64,000 bases of DNA from the human T2T-CHM13v2.0 reference genome, Homo sapiens. The DNA is taken from assembly GCF_009914755.1 (NCBI RefSeq), contig NC_060930.1; one strand, 5' to 3'. How positions within the stretch are numbered: the stretch's first letter is position 1; each line of letters opens with the position of its first letter. Positions 41,240 through 59,767 of this stretch are shown here, one piece after another. Under the pieces are notes generated by a model. It worked only from the letters and a program-made list of their open reading frames with translations. It was not told where the DNA came from and did no database searches. The position numbers and the translations under genes are program-made.

Positions 41240-43115
41240 GACCTACCAAAAGAAAATCCTCAGCTACATTATACTTAATGGTGAAAGACTGAAGTTCTCC
41301 CCAGAAAGATTAGGAACAGACCACAACATTGTACTGAATATTTTTTCCAGGGATATTAGGGAAAAAAAAGTAAGACAACTTATTTGGAAAGGGACATTAA
41401 AACTATCTCTATGGCATATGACACAATTTTCCATATAGAAAATTCTAAGGAATAGACACACACACATTCACACACAAACTTAGAACCAAGAGTGGGTTTA
41501 GCAGGTTCACAGGATGAATAATCAATACATGAAAATCAATAATATTTCTGTACACATGCAATAAACAATCCCTAAATGAAATCAAGTCCCATTAGCAACA
41601 TCTTCAAAAATAATAAAGGCTAATATTTATAATGGTAAAATAAATATAATCAAAAGTAATATAAGAGCTATATACTGTAAACTACAAACTTCACTGAAAA
41701 AAGTTAAAGAAGATCTAAACAAATGGAATGATGTCCCGTGTTCATGAATTGGAAAATTCATTATTAAGGTGGCAAAAATTCCCAAATTATTCTATAGTCT
41801 CAAAGTAAGCCCTACTGAAATCCAAGCTGATTTTTTTTAGACATTAACAAGCTGATTTGAAAATGTTTGCAGCTATGACAGAGTCACAAAATCGTCCAAA
41901 TAATCTTGAAATAGATGATCAAATTTGGAAGACTTGCACTTTGTATTTTTAAAACTTACCACAAGAAACACTAATAAAGACAATCTTTACTAACATAAAT
42001 GTAGTTATAAAAGATCCATGATGGAATTGTGAATCCAGTTATATTTCCTCACATTTATGGTCAAGTAATTTTTAACAAGGATGCTAAGATGATTCAATAA
42101 GCATAGAATATCCTTTTGGTATTATTTTGTTTATCCACATACAAAATACTAAAGTTGGACCCTTATCTCACATTATACAAAACAAATTACTACAAATGGA
42201 CCAAATAGTTAAATATAAGAGCTAAACCTATAAAACTTTTAGAAGCAAATCTATGAATACACCTTCATGACCTTGGATTAAGCAATAGTTTTTTACATAT
42301 AACAAAATCATAAGTGACAAAAAATATTAACATATTTTATGTTTCAAAGGACACCATCAGAAAAGTGTAAAGACAACCCATAGAATGGTAGAAAATATTT
42401 CCAAATTATATCTTATAAGGAACCACTAATTCAGTATATAGAATGAACTCATAAGATAACAATAAAAAGGCAACTGTCTCAATTAAAAGTGGACAAGGAA
42501 TTTGAAGATACAGTTCTTCCAAAGAAATACATAATATAAACAGTCAATAAGTTCAAAAATATATGATCACTATCATTAGCTGTTAGAGAAAATGCAAAAC
42601 AAAACCATAACGAAATACCCCTTCACACCCACTAGGATGACAACAATTAAAAAAAGATGTAACAACTGTTGGTAAAATGTGGAGAAATGGAACCTTGCAT
42701 ATACCATTGGTGGGAAGGTAAAATGGTAATGCACTTTGGAACACACTTTGGCAGTCCTTCACAATGTTTAACATAGAGGTATCATACAGCATAGCAATTT
42801 TATCCTAAGAAAAATGACAACATATACCCACACAAAAATATGTACATGTATGATGATAGCCCAAATGTATCAACTGATGAATGAATAAACAAATGTGGTA
42901 GATGCATACAAGGGAATATATCCAACAGTTATTTTAAAAGATGAATGGATTGTGGATATAGGCTACAACATTAATTAACCTTGAAAGTATTATGTTCTGG
43001 AATTAAATAGTGGCAAGGATTGCACAACTTTGTGAGTTTTCTATAAATGGGTATATTGTACACTTTTAAAAAGTGAATTTTTATGGTATGTGAATTATGT
43101 CTAAAAATACTTTTA
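41240..43115 (+). mobile_element. LINE-1 3' portion, L1MB7/8-like
   Basis: Degraded ORF2 (CATTATACTTAATGGTGAAAGACTGAA..; GTTCATGAATTGGAA) and 3' end GATTGCACAACTTTGTGA..GTGAATTTTTATGGTATGTGAATTAT. Confidence 0.85.
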
Positions 43116-43943
43116 AATTAAAGATCACTTTCTCTTTGGTTTTCTGCAATTTTGCTATGAAATGCCCAGGGGACTATATAGGTACATGGATACACAGATA
43201 TATAGATGGATTAAAAGATAGAAGGATAGGAATAAAGATAGATAATTTCAATCTTGCTCCTGCCTTATAGAACTTCTGGAAACTGACTTGAGAGTACCTG
43301 TTTGGGGCAACTATTGATTATTATATCTCCGAATATTGCTTCTGTGACATTCTTTATCACTGTGTCTTTTGGGATTCCAAGTGCCTGTATTTTATACCTT
43401 CTTCTTTTATGCTCTAACTTGATCTATTTTATATATTTTCCAACTGTTCAGTTGCTTGAGGTTCATTTGGTATAATTATCAATTCCCATACCTTCCTTTT
43501 TAGCTGTGTTTTTTTGGTGTTATGTTTCTATATTTTGTTTGTGATTTGTTTATTGCTTTGTTTCGATTTTAGAATTTTCACTTGATATTTTTACAGCTTG
43601 TCAATCTTACCATTTCTTCTTGAACAGAGAGAACAGTTATTTTAAAGTCTACCTCAAATGCTTGCAGCCCTTGGGGACTGCTGTATTCTCTATTTTTTTC
43701 TACTAGTTTTTGTTCAAATTGTCCTTTTTCCTTAAATCTATGGTTATTTCTCAATCTGTTAGTGACATGACATTTTTTAAGTTGCTGATGGAAAGCATGT
43801 GAGGCAGGGAATGAAATTATCTTTTCTTATATAAAAAGTAAATATTTTTACATTTGGCAGGCCTGGAAGTTCAGTAGCAGTCCAGTACCACCAAAATCTA
43901 ATTGCAAAAAATAAGATGGCTTGAAATGGTCCTGTAGTTCATG

Positions 43944-44311
43944 AGTCTTAGTCGATTTAGGGCTGCCATAACAGAATACCATAAGCTGGTGGCTTACAAA
44001 TAATAGAAATTTATTTCTATTTCATTCTGGAAATTGAGACTTCCAAGATCAAGGCACCAGCAGACTCAAGGTGTGGTATAGGCCTCCTTCCTATCTCTTC
44101 ACTGTCTCTTCCCTGTAACATCAAATGACAGAAGAGGCAAGCTATCTCTCTTGGGTCTGTTTTGTAAGGACACTAATCCTATTCATGAGGGCTACACTCT
44201 CATGACCTAATATTGCCTTAAAGGCTCCACCCACCCTCCAATACCATCATCTTGGGGGTTAGGATTTCAACACAGAAATGTAGAGGGTACACAAACATTC
44301 AGGTCATAGTA
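43944..44311 (-). mobile_element. MaLR solo LTR, MLT1A-like
   Basis: GTCTTAGTC..GGGCTGCCATAACAGAATACCATA..CCAAGATCAAGGCACCAGCAGA..CACTAATCC.ATTCATGAGGG..AACATTCAG..CATAG. Near-TSD TCATG/CCATG. Confidence 0.85.
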
Positions 44312-45827
44312 CCATGTAAGGATATATTTATGTTCAAGTCATTCTTCCTTTTAAATTGTGGCCACTTTGAGGTTTTCAACTTCTTTCAAGACGGGATTTT
44401 ACTAGGCAAACTTTTTAAAATTTTGTACCAGATAGAAAATATCCCCTCTCTTCCTCAATTTTTTAAAGCTATTGAGTTTTTAATCTCACAAGCAACTTTT
44501 TCAAAATTGGCCAAAGAGATCATGGCTGATATCTCTGGATATCCATCTTCTTACATTGCTTTGGTGAAAATTACAACCATTTTACCTTTACCATGTTTTA
44601 AGACATATCAAAACAATTGTTCAGCATTTTTAATTGTTCTAAGCAGGAAAAGTGATCTATGAGAAATCATTCCCTATTCCTGAACATTTACTTTATGTAC
44701 TAATGTACTTGTATTGTTATGTGACTGAGTCCAAGAAGAAAGGTTTTTGGGATAATTCATATATATGTTTTCAATTATTTTCCATAATGAATCTGTTTTC
44801 ATGTAGAGAAAAATGTATTCTATTATTTTTAACTAGTTGATTATCTTTCATGAAATTAGATTGGAAAAGGCCAAGAGCTGAGTTGGTGCACTATATTAGT
44901 ACCACAGGGAATACCCAATGTCCACATAAATCACACCTAAGCTGTACATAATTGTGCAAGATAACACAAGCAAATATGATAATTTGTGGCATTGATAAAT
45001 AGTTTGCATAAATATTTAATTGCTATATCTAAAATGTTTAAAAATAAAAATACAAATATATGTATTACGTTCTATTTTTAAATGTTTACATTTTAATTAG
45101 AGATATCAGAAAACACAGTATAACCTCTAATTTCCTTGGATATTCCATTTTCCAGATAAAGCCAAAATAAATCAGCCAATACAACACATGCTTTTTCAAT
45201 TATGGTACTTTTTACAAGAGTTAAAACAATTATTTAAATGTAAAAAATTAAACATAAGACTGTGTGGAAACTTTTAAAGGCAAAATTTTTTTTTGGGTGA
45301 GAGCAAGTCTATATATACTGACTTCTACCTAACTACAGTATCCAAACTTATGCTAAATAAATTATTTTACATTCTATAATGATCCTCAAATTTTGAGTGC
45401 ACTTACACTCTTCTTTCTAATATATGTAAGTCTTTTAAGGATGTTTTACTAAATTGTTACACTAAACAGTTGGAACAACTTCCTTTGGTACTATACACAT
45501 TGAGAAGAGATTCAATGAAACACACTAAGCTCTAGCACTGAAAACAAAAATTTTAATGTGTATTGCCTTGAATTGTATGCAATAAAACAGAAGAGAATAA
45601 GCACAGATTATTGTAGTGCAATCTTCTAAAAATGGGAAACTTACTTTCACCTGCAAGAACTATTTTTGTGATAAGGTAATGATGGTGCTATAAAATAATT
45701 ATAGGGACACTTTCCTGAGTGAGTCAATTTAGAGAACAGCTAAATAAGTCAATTACCAAAGAACCCCATGGTGAAGATGTTGGATTTTTACAGGTTTTAG
45801 AACACACATACACACATACAAATACAG

Positions 45828-45868
45828 ATGCACACACGCGCGCGTGCACGCACACACACACACACACA
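45828..45868. repeat. Mixed (CA)/(CG) alternating purine-pyrimidine tract
   Basis: ATGCACACACGCGCGCGTGCACGCACACACACACACACACA: 41 bp of uninterrupted alternation. Confidence 0.95.
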
Positions 45869-48800
45869 GAGAGAGGAGAGAAAGAAAGAACCCATTGAAT
45901 GATAGAAAAGAACATCCCTGAAATGAAAGGTACATGGAGTTTTTTGTCATATAGAAAAAAGAGGTTGATTTTAAAATGAACTGACATTTTTGAGGCGAAT
46001 ATATTATACTATAAACCATTTTCTTGACCACAAAAAGACGTACTAAAGTGGGAATGAAAATGAAAGCATGGCCAAATGATCTAGCTCTGTTGACATCCTA
46101 TGAGTCTAAGTGGTGATCTAAATTTCAAAGAATTTATTACAATTTCTGGAAATAGGCCAGTTTTCTGCCAACTTAAAAGGTCAGAAAATAACTACTAAAC
46201 TTATTGGTACAAGGTTTCCAAAATGTCTAAGCCAAAAATGGTTTCAATAGCATAAATACTAAAAGTAGCTTATTTCATCTTATTTAAATATTATTAAAAT
46301 ACTTGAAACCTGAGGAAGCACAGTTACATTTTAATACATCAGCCAAATACTATGGCATTAAGAATTGAATTACTACTAAGGATCAAGGAAATAGAAATCA
46401 ATGACATCTAAGATGAAAAATTAACAACAAAAATCATCATAAATTTTCTCACTTATTTTTAAAGTTATTTAGAAATCTTTGAATATCCAATAACAAAAAT
46501 GAGAAATTTGTAAGACACAATAAGATTCTCCAAATGATAACAGTTTTCACCACATTTTTCTCAATAATTTTATATTTTAAGTGGCAACTCTCTCCCTTGA
46601 CTTATGAAACCGTCAACTACTTTCTCTCCTCCAGGCAACTCCAACAGACAATGAATAATTTACTCATAATTCTAATTAAAAACTGAATAGAAGCTGCACA
46701 GCCTGTGTAAGTTATAAGGCAGTGTACTAATTATCTGTTACTTGAATTTTAAATAGTTATAGGCAGCTTTAGGAAAGCATGTATAGAATTAGCAATCCAA
46801 ACCAAACCAGTTTCCTGAAAACACTGTTGAGATATTACTGATTTCCTAATTATTGGGTCTTACATGCCTTCTAATTACCCTTACAATTTATATCCTTTCT
46901 TTTTCCATGAAAATACATAAACTATAGTCATCTACTATGAACAGGTAACACATTAAATAATCCCCATGATATCCATGCAAGACAATGATTCTTGTATTAA
47001 TTGCTGATCTTCTTCAGAGGCTAAACCTTTACTTAACTTTTCAATGCTTACATTTCAACTTTTATGTCACAAAGTCCAGTATGCTATTCATACTTATGAA
47101 GTTAAACAGAAACAAAGAATTTCAAATGTAAGACCCAAAATGCCAGATGCATATTTGTGTATATGTGGTAAAACCCAACACTGAAGTATATTTCTTTAGT
47201 TGTGCGAGGTCGTTTCTGGTGCTAAAATGGAACTGGTGATGACAACAGTTCACACCAAGAAAAAACAATCAAAACTCTGCCACCCACCCTACCAAGCAAA
47301 CACTGCTCACAGGATCATTTGACCTCATTTTTATATGCATTGTTCATTCTACAGGAAAGATAAAGCTGGCAAATTCCACCAGAGGAAGGTAAACTATTTT
47401 TTAAAATGTTTCTTGACACTGTAATTCTATACATGACTGAAAGTATTTTTAAGGACTGAGAAGAAAGTTATTCAATATAATTTTTGTTGTATTTTATTTA
47501 ATTAAAAACAGTTGTTTTAACTTACTTTTAATTTTACCAAGTATTATATACCATGAATATTATGAGTTAACAGAATTTTATTAATTTAGAAAGTAGCCAA
47601 TAGTGCCATGTTAGGAAAATATATGATCATGGAAATTTCCCAGAACTCCAAATGTTTAGTTTAACTTTGGCATAAATTTTAGAGGAAGAACAAATAGTAA
47701 ACTGAATTTAAGCAGGGTCTCCCTCTTATAGAGAACTGCAATACTCATTGAATTATTCCTTAATATCACAATTAAGTTGATAATTTATTTTTATGAAAGT
47801 TTGTACTTTTGATTAAAATAATCATAGGATAAATCAGTCTATGATTTCATAGAAGGTAAACTGAGTTACAGAAAATCTTTGTCTAGCCTTAGCCTTTTAA
47901 GTATATTAGTACCTTGGAAATCCTACTTGAAAGTCAGCTGATATGGAAAATATGCCCATGCAAACATCATCTAAATTTCTTTCTCAAGTGAAATTTTGAC
48001 AAAGGGGCATACATACACCAATAAGAATGCTGACAAATAGCATATGCAGGTTCCCAAAGCCTATGATATTGGCCATTCTGCTTCCTGAAGAGGGAAAGAT
48101 AAATTCAAAGAATATATTTACCTATTTATGTTTAATTTATTGAATATAGATGCTGTTACTGTTTTTCTTAAATGTAAAACATGTACCAAATTTATATTAA
48201 AAATTCATTATTTTATATTTCTAATATGGCAATCAGCTATTCAAGTAGAAAACAGGAAGGAGGATACAGCTGAACAGTTCATAAGGACATAAAACAGATT
48301 TGTATTTTGTTAACAGTTTCCAATTTTGGTCCTTGCAAACTTGTTTAGGAAAAATGAGAGAACACTTTGATAACATGGTCTTGAGAGGTCTATATTAATA
48401 TCACGTCAAATAATACTTATTGAGAGTATTTTTATGTTGATCTTAGATAAGAGAATAGTATCTTGAGCTCTGTAATTAAAACATAGAAGACATAGTATGC
48501 TTGACATGTATTATCAGAACATGAAGGAACCCAGTGTGGTCAAGGGATCAAATTTGTGTTGCACTGGTTTGGAAAGCAATATGAGCCCTAAAGCCTGGAA
48601 ATTTAAAAAAAAAAAAACTTAGAGCCTTATATAAGAAACATGAATTTTAATTGAAATTCTCTACTTTAGAATGTACAGCTTTATCAAGAAGATAATAAAG
48701 AAGAGATTAATTAGCTTGTCTGGATTCTGGCAGCAGATTCCATCATGTTGGCCTAAGAGTTGCAATGGATAACCTTATCCCATCTTAAATTACGGTGGTG

Positions 48801-51564
48801 CTGTGATAGCCTTACATTTGTTATGCTATAAAAAATATTAAACTTCAGTGGTTTTTCATGTCTGTAGTTCTTTTGGAACATGCTTCCCGAAAATGATGAT
48901 GGTTTATAGATCACGTTCTGTAGAACTGTAAAATATTTAGCAGGAGTGAATGAGACAGAACTTCTTGCTACTTCACTGTAAATCTACTAACCTCTCTAAA
49001 ATATGAATCAGAAGAATAAAATATAAATCAAAATAGAACGGGGGACTCACCAAGTATTACAAAAAATAATATGTATTATCAAACACCAATAAATTTTCCC
49101 TGACATCTAATGTTGGTCTTACATTTATTAAAAAATGTAACCTTTGAAGTACAACTTTACATGAAAACCTATTTTAAGGAATCATAAAGAGAAGGCAATG
49201 ATGGGATTATATAACAATTTTTCATTTCCATATGAGAATATAAATTATTAAGCTTATCATTTTTCTTTTTATTTTAGTAACAAAGACATTACTGAATGTT
49301 GCCAACAGATTTAACATTGGCAAATCATCTGACATACAGCTTAATCTCCTATGATACAATATATGAATATATAGATGTAATTCTGTTGTATGAACAAAAT
49401 TGTTATAGCACATTCTGGAATTGATTACCTTGAAACTAAAGTAATAGATTAGAGTTACTTGAAATTTAGTTGCATAGTAAGGCTAAATCTTAAATAAATA
49501 TGCTACAATTACATTGACAGAATAAAAGATTTTTACTAAAATTTCATACATAGCCTTAAGTGTATGCTTGAGTAATCACAACGTATATATAGCTTTTTTC
49601 TTAAAGATAACATAAGGACTCTGACTTCATAAAGATTGAATAAAATGAGAAATAGGACACACCAACCCACATGATACAAAATAATAAAAGCTACAAGAAA
49701 AAAATGCTATAACAGGGACACAGTTTGGGAAATTTTTAAAGCAAACTTCACCCACAAACCCAACAGATGGTAAATCTACATCTGTTTACACAGCTTATAA
49801 TGACCACTTTCTTATGTAGAAAAAAGGCTGTGAAAGAGAACATAATTTTATATAAAGCACACTCCACATTACATTTATATGGCTGTAAATATGGCCTAGA
49901 ACTTTCCATTGCTCATCATTGTCCACAAATATTTCTCACTCTTTTCCATTAAACTAAGCACAAGATACATCAGTTGATAGCACTGATTTCTAAATACAAA
50001 TTTCAAAAATATTTGTAATTTCTCTGTCCACCTTTGAAAAAGGAAATTGCCATTAGACTTTAACATTCTACAAATTCCAAAACTCTTTATGACCAGAATA
50101 GAGTCCCCAACATTTGCTTAAGCCAATCACTGATGATTTATGATAATTTAAAGTCAATTGATATGTCAACAGTAGTTGGAAAAAGTTTGTGAATAATACC
50201 AAGAACAAAATGTCTTAAAAGATTTTAGAAGATAATTCGATCTTCTAAAGTTTCATCTGACAATGAATTTTAAAACCAGAAAAAAATAGCTGACATTCAT
50301 GTTAGCAAGCATTTTTTATTCCACATTCTCTATGCTTGACTGATCCATAAATTGTTGCAAATCATCTAAGTGAAGCACTAAATATAAAAAGATGAGCACT
50401 GGAAATTTTCATAAGAAATTACATTTGTATGTATTATAATATGATAATACATATCACATTTAACTCATATTGCAACTAAATATTAACAGAAATTTTGGCA
50501 GCTGTTAAAAAGTTCAAATATTCACTCATGTAAAAATATGACATCTATTTTTTTCTTAAACTAAGATTATTTTTTGTTCATGGATACAGATACAAATAAC
50601 CTCTCTCTAAAGTCACTCCTTATATAGTATCATTCATTTCACAAAAGCCAGCCTGAACATGTCACACACTGAAATTCAAAAGGTTTTAATGAAAAAGTCT
50701 CTTTTATTTTTTGAAACAGTACCATTGGGATATCTGAAAAGGGTAATACAGTTAGAGAGACTGTGAAAATGGTTCTATCACAAACAAAAATAGTAGGTCA
50801 AGAAAAGGAAAGGATGTTTTAAGGTAAGATAATATCATTCATTGAATTTGGATCTACTGAGTTTGAAGCATTGATAGAATGTTCAACTGGAAACAGTTTT
50901 CAGACATTTGGAATATAATAGTAAGGCAAGCACAGGAGATGTGCTTAAGCTATAGTAAAAACTTTTAGATACTATACCAGTCATAGTTAAAGTTACAAAC
51001 TATGCAGGATATCCAAGGTAAATAATGAAGACAGAGAAGCACAAGAAAAGATTATTTGAGCAAAGCATATCATTTGAGTGGTATGAGAAAGAAGAGATAA
51101 GGAAACCTTACTGGAATAAGTGGTGCTCTCAAAAAAATTAAAATGAAGAAAAATAAAGAACAAGAAAAGAGTGTTGTTTGTGGTCATAAGTGACCAGACA
51201 GGAAATTATTCATAAAGCATTTCTCACTGGTTTTATAAATGAGTAACAAATATGAATAAACAGGTATAAGATCCTGAAGTGTAAGTTTATATATGAAGGT
51301 GAAGATTTTAACAAGTGGACTTGAGATCATGGATCATGATGAAATAATATCAATAATGGTGAATGACACTGAGTCAAAAGTTTTGTGTGATAAAATATTC
51401 TAATTTAATAAAATCAACAAACAACTGACTCAATGAATATACAAGAACCATAACCTTTGTAGAACTTACTAATTTACACACAAGGCATAGGTATGCTTAG
51501 TTAGTTGTGCTTGTTACCAAAATGCCAATGAGATGTTTATTTTCCCCCAAATCTTTACTGCATT

Positions 51565-51905
51565 ATCATTAACAAATAAAAATTGCATATATTTCATATA
51601 TGCTTTGATGTTTTGATATATGTAATACATTGTGGAATAATTGCCACAATCAAGATAATTAACATTCTTCACCTCACATAATTAAGTGTGTGTTTGTATG
51701 TGTGTGTGTGAGAGAGAGCACTTATGATCTATTTTCTTAGGACATTTTAAATCCACAATACAGAATTGTTAACTATATTCTCATTGCTGTACATTAGATT
51801 TTCAGAAATTATTCCTCTTACATAACTAAAACTTTTTATCCCTTGACCAAGATCTTGCCATTTCCTGATCCTCTCAGCTTCTGGGAACTAAAATTCTACT
51901 CTTCA
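51565..51905 (-). mobile_element. L1MA8/9-like 3' end
   Basis: ACAAATAAAAATTG.ATATATTT..ACATTGTGGAAT..AATTAACAT..TCACCTCACATA..TTAACTATA.TC..TGCTGTACATTAGAT..TTGACCAA.ATC. Confidence 0.85.
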
Positions 51906-52219
51906 TCAGTTGTCCTTGTTATGCATAGCTAAATGTATACTTAAAACCAACATTGTAAAGCAATGTAGAAGTCAGGAAGGAGCTCTGGTCCCTGTATGTT
52001 GACTTCCCAGACGAAAATTAGAAATTGACACAGAAATAGCAAGATAATTTAGTGAATAGTAAAGATTCACAACACAAAACTTAGGTTATAATTTTACTTT
52101 TATATAATGACATTTTATTTAAAAAAAACTATAACAATAGTAAACTATATTGAAATAATAACTTTCTATATACTTTTCACTTAAATCAAAGGCCTTACTT
52201 GTCTATATCAACTTCCATT

Positions 52220-52420
52220 CTTCATCCACATAAAATCCTGGGATTTAAGTTTCTCCACCACTTAAAGTCTATGTGAAAAGTGAGGAAGTATTTTCAACAA
52301 TCCAAATTTCAGTTCCTTGTCTATAAATTAGAGATAGTAATGTCTATGCAAAGATTTTAAGAATTAAATGATTATATAATTTTGCAATTATTTTTTTAAA
52401 ATTTGAAAGCTTACCTAAAT
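52220..52420 (+). mobile_element. MIR-like remnant
   Basis: TTCAGTTCCTTGTCTATAAA.TAGAGATAGTAAT..AGAATTAAATGA MIR core-like sequence. Confidence 0.5.
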
Positions 52421-53601
52421 GGTGGGTAACATCATTTGAAATTATTTGCATTAAGTTGCAGTAAAATACATGCTAATTATAAATAACTAGAACATGTTAA
52501 TTTTAAGAAAATTAAAATCCTTCATAATTGTGAAATAATGGAATTTTTAGGTATATGTTTTTCATATGTCAGTTCATATCATTATCATATACCTTTGTAT
52601 TCTGGTTTTTAACTTAGCACTATGATAATTTAAGTGTTTTCCAAATCATTACTTATTTTAAAAAGTGTCTTAATGCCTGTATAAACATAACATTAATTTG
52701 TGAGTGTTTCAATTAACTAAGGGAATTTGTAATTTTTAACTTAGCATTTTGAGTACTTTCAGAATTTTTTATAAACAAGACTATATTCAAAAATCTTTGC
52801 TGGCAACTAATTTGTCTGCCAAGATTTCATTAGAAAAAAATGTCAAGAAGTAATTTAGCCAGGTTAAAAAGCAATCACATTTCAAAGACTTTGATGTAAA
52901 TTATCAAATTGGCCACTAGAAATAATTTGCGATTATTCATCCATTTGCAATTTGAGGAATAGTTCATGGCATATACCCTCCGAAATAAAATGGGCATTAT
53001 GTTAATATCTTTCTAATGTGTTAGAATAAATATTCTATTTTATTATTATATTAATTTGCCAATTAAGTGTTTGTCATAGCAGTTGAGTCTTTTACTATAT
53101 TTCAGGATTGTTTGTAGTTTGTAAACACGTTTAGCTATACGATTATGCTATATATATTCTTTTGTATCTGTCTTTTTTTAGCAAGTTTGTTCTCTTTCCA
53201 ATTCAGTATCTGTGTATGTGCATATAGGTACATATACCCTCACATATACATACATAATTATTTTAAGTCTGAATTGCATTCAGAGATGGCTTTAACCAGT
53301 TTCTCTAAATGGACAAATGAACAATTTTTTTTTCATGTTGGCAAATTTTATACATAATCTACATAGATCACTGTCTTTTTTTGTTAATGATATAATTATT
53401 TGGAGTCATTTCCATGAAGAGTAATTAGTGAGTTTAAAACATGTACCTATGTTACTTGATGTTACTCATTGTAAAAATGCCTTCCAGAGACGTTTTAGCA
53501 ATGTATAGCACCAGCAACAATGCATCATGTATGAGAATGATTTTTTTTCTCCACAGATCATTCCCAGAATTAGATTTCAGTTTGTTAGTCCCTTTCACTT
53601 T

Positions 53602-54005
53602 TGTGGGGCACTAAGGAGTTAAAATAAAATTGACAAATAGGTTTAGCTTGCAGAAACAGACAAATGGGTAGGTGGGAGTGAATGTTCCAAGAAATGGGGT
53701 CAACTGCAAACAGCTTACTGGCACCCCCCGAGTATCCTGCCACAGGCCCTGAGCTCACCAGCTCACATGCACCCAAGCATCTTGTCTGTAAGCATTCAGA
53801 CTAAGCAGCATGACCTTATAAAATTTCCCTCTAGCTCCTGCCTCTTTGCAGACAGCAGAGAGCCTTCTTTTTACTATCTTGCCTGTTGCTCCCTTGCAAC
53901 GTACTGTTCCCTTTTCTCTAATAAATCTGTCTTTCTAAACTTGTTACTGTCTTGGGTAAATTCCTTTACTACCCAGGCGCCAGCCTCTGACAGTTGACCA
54001 TGACA
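53602..54005 (+). mobile_element. ERVL solo LTR, LTR47-like (404 bp)
   Basis: TG...CA termini with perfect 5-bp TSD ACTTT (53597-53601, 54006-54010). TATAAA at 53817-53822, AATAAA at 53920-53925. 3' part CCTGTTGCTCCCTTGCAACGTA..TCTCTAATAAATCTG..CTGTCTTGG.TAAATTC matches LTR47 as I recall it. Confidence 0.85.
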
Positions 54006-54039
54006 ACTTTGTCTAATTTTGACTGAAGTAAAGAGAATG

Positions 54040-57902
<3,863 letters not shown>

Positions 57903-58405
57903 AAAGAGAATGAAACTTATTTTTAAAATTTGAACACAATAGGCTATTAATGAAACTTTATTTAAATCTTTATATTTTTCCAGGCCAATTTTAAAGCTTT
58001 TAAAAGTTTTGTTTTTTTAATTCTGTGCCCATTTTTAGTAAATATAGTATATTTTTCTTAATGGTTCTTAAGGTTTTACATCATAATAATGCAAACATTT
58101 CTCCAAATACTTGATGTTTAGTATTTCCACGTCACTGCATTTAGTGCATTTTCATGATTTTTTAAATTTCCTTGACATGTTTTGTATTTCCTTGACATAT
58201 ATAATATTATTAAAACACACACTCAATCATAATTTAAATGCTAATCCTCACAAATCTATTAGTCTCAATTTTGTTTAATTGGTTTTTTTTGTAGTAGATA
58301 TATAATTTTTTATAGTGAATTACATCAGTCTTTTCTGTTTACTTCTTTTATACTTTGTAAGGAATTGGATAAGTCTCAAACAAGACAGTTACTCATCATT
58401 CTGGG

Positions 58406-58712
58406 TTTTTTGTTTTGTTTTGTTTTTTGAGACAAGGTCTCACTCTATCACCCAGGCTGGAGTGCAGAGGCACAATCTTGACTCACCGCATCCTTGACCT
58501 CTCTGGCTCAAGTGATCCTCCCACCCCAGCCTCTTAAGTAGCTGGGAATACAGTCACACACCACCACGCCTGGCTGATTTTTTGTATTTTTTTGTAGAGA
58601 CAGGATTTCCTCATGTTGCCCATGCTGGTCTCAAACTCCTGAGCTCAAGCAATCTTCCTGCTGTGGCCTTGAAAACTGCTGGGATTACAAGCAAGTGGCA
58701 CTGTGCCCAGCC
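58406..58712 (-). mobile_element. Alu SINE, AluJ-like
   Basis: (TTTTG)n tail, GAGACAAGGTCTCACTCT..CCCAGGCTGGAGTGCAG..GGCTCAAGTGATCCTCCCACC..CTCCTGAGCTCAAGCAATC..TGTGCCCAGCC. Confidence 0.95.
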
Positions 58713-59767
58713 TCTATTCTGTTCTTCTTTCATCTGCATTTATGTTTAAAATTTCAACTTTTAAAATTTAATTTTTAAATGTTGAGAAATAAAGGACAGT
58801 ATTTTTTCGTATAGTTATTACCTGAACATTTATTAAATGATTATTTAGCATAATGCCATATGTTCTCATTCTTAATGTGTTTGTAATCTCTCAATTGGTT
58901 GCATTTTCCATCTGTCAAAAGGTCTCACTTAAACATTTTAAGCTTTGCTGAGTACCTTTTAAAAAGTGTAAAAAGGGTGATACACCACAAATTTCACCAG
59001 AATTTTTAAAGTATATATTCCTATTTATAATTCCAAATACAATTTCGGAGTTATTTTGAGTTTCTAAAGGATCTTCTTTAAATTTTATATGGAATTTTGA
59101 TGATGTGATAAAAGTGAAAATACATATCTTATAGTACTAAAAAGTTTATTTGGAAATACAGTATGTTCTCCACTCATATCCTTCTTCCTTAATTACTTTA
59201 TCAAATTTTGTGTTTGTGTTACCAGTTATGATATATTTCTTGTTTAATATTTTTTCTTCTAATTTTATATGCTTTTAAACTATTATAAGTGTACTGATTT
59301 TATTATACTTTCTACCCAGTTAGTATTTTATATTTTCTATTTTTGATTCTCTTGAAACAAATGTGTCATATAGATGGAGACACTGAAGAAAAAAATAGGA
59401 AGATTAGGATTAGGGAAAGGTTAGGGAAAAAAAGTGTAGTTGGTATTTTCTTCCATAATCAATGAGTGAAATAAAATTTTCTCAAGCAATGACTGCATTG
59501 TTACCTCATCCTCCTCCCCAAACAAACATTTTAAGCTGAAATACAGTGTGTCTATACTGCACTTCAAGAAATACTTTAGCTGGATTAATATCTCAATGGA
59601 ATCGGAATTCCATGGAACATAATTATATCATTTGACTAAAGTAAATTCATAGTCTTTTGTTGCACTGACTTGTCCTTAGTTTAGGGTTAGTTATAAATAC
59701 TTTCAGAATATGTTATGAATGACTTTAAATAAATTGATAAAGTAAAGTCGCATAAAACATCGTGATG

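Larger units (their letters stand above)
39830..43920 (-). mobile_element. Ancient antisense L1M remnants interrupted by MLT1C and a sense L1MB
   Basis: Antisense L1M motifs (GGCAAATGTTC.CATGCACTTG; TTGAAAGATATTTT; CTCTTTGGTTTTCTGCAATTTTGCTATGA.ATGCC; AATATTGCTTCTG..CATTCT). Boundaries approximate. Confidence 0.5.

Noticed and set aside
46635-46706. 72-nt + strand exon-like segment (ctcctccag|...TGT|gtaagt)
   Set aside because: Stops in all three frames. At best non-coding, and most likely a chance pseudo-exon.
49051-49168. 118-nt minus-strand exon-like segment with a GTGAGT donor
   Set aside because: Stops in all frames and a mediocre acceptor; no independent support.
50224-50249. 10-bp hairpin TTTAGAAGAT-N6-ATCTTCTAAA
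   Set aside because: Arms this short are expected occasionally in 64 kb of AT-rich DNA, and there is no associated structure.
59401-59695. Scattered TTAGGG hexamers as an interstitial telomere
   Set aside because: Only about three non-tandem copies, compatible with chance.
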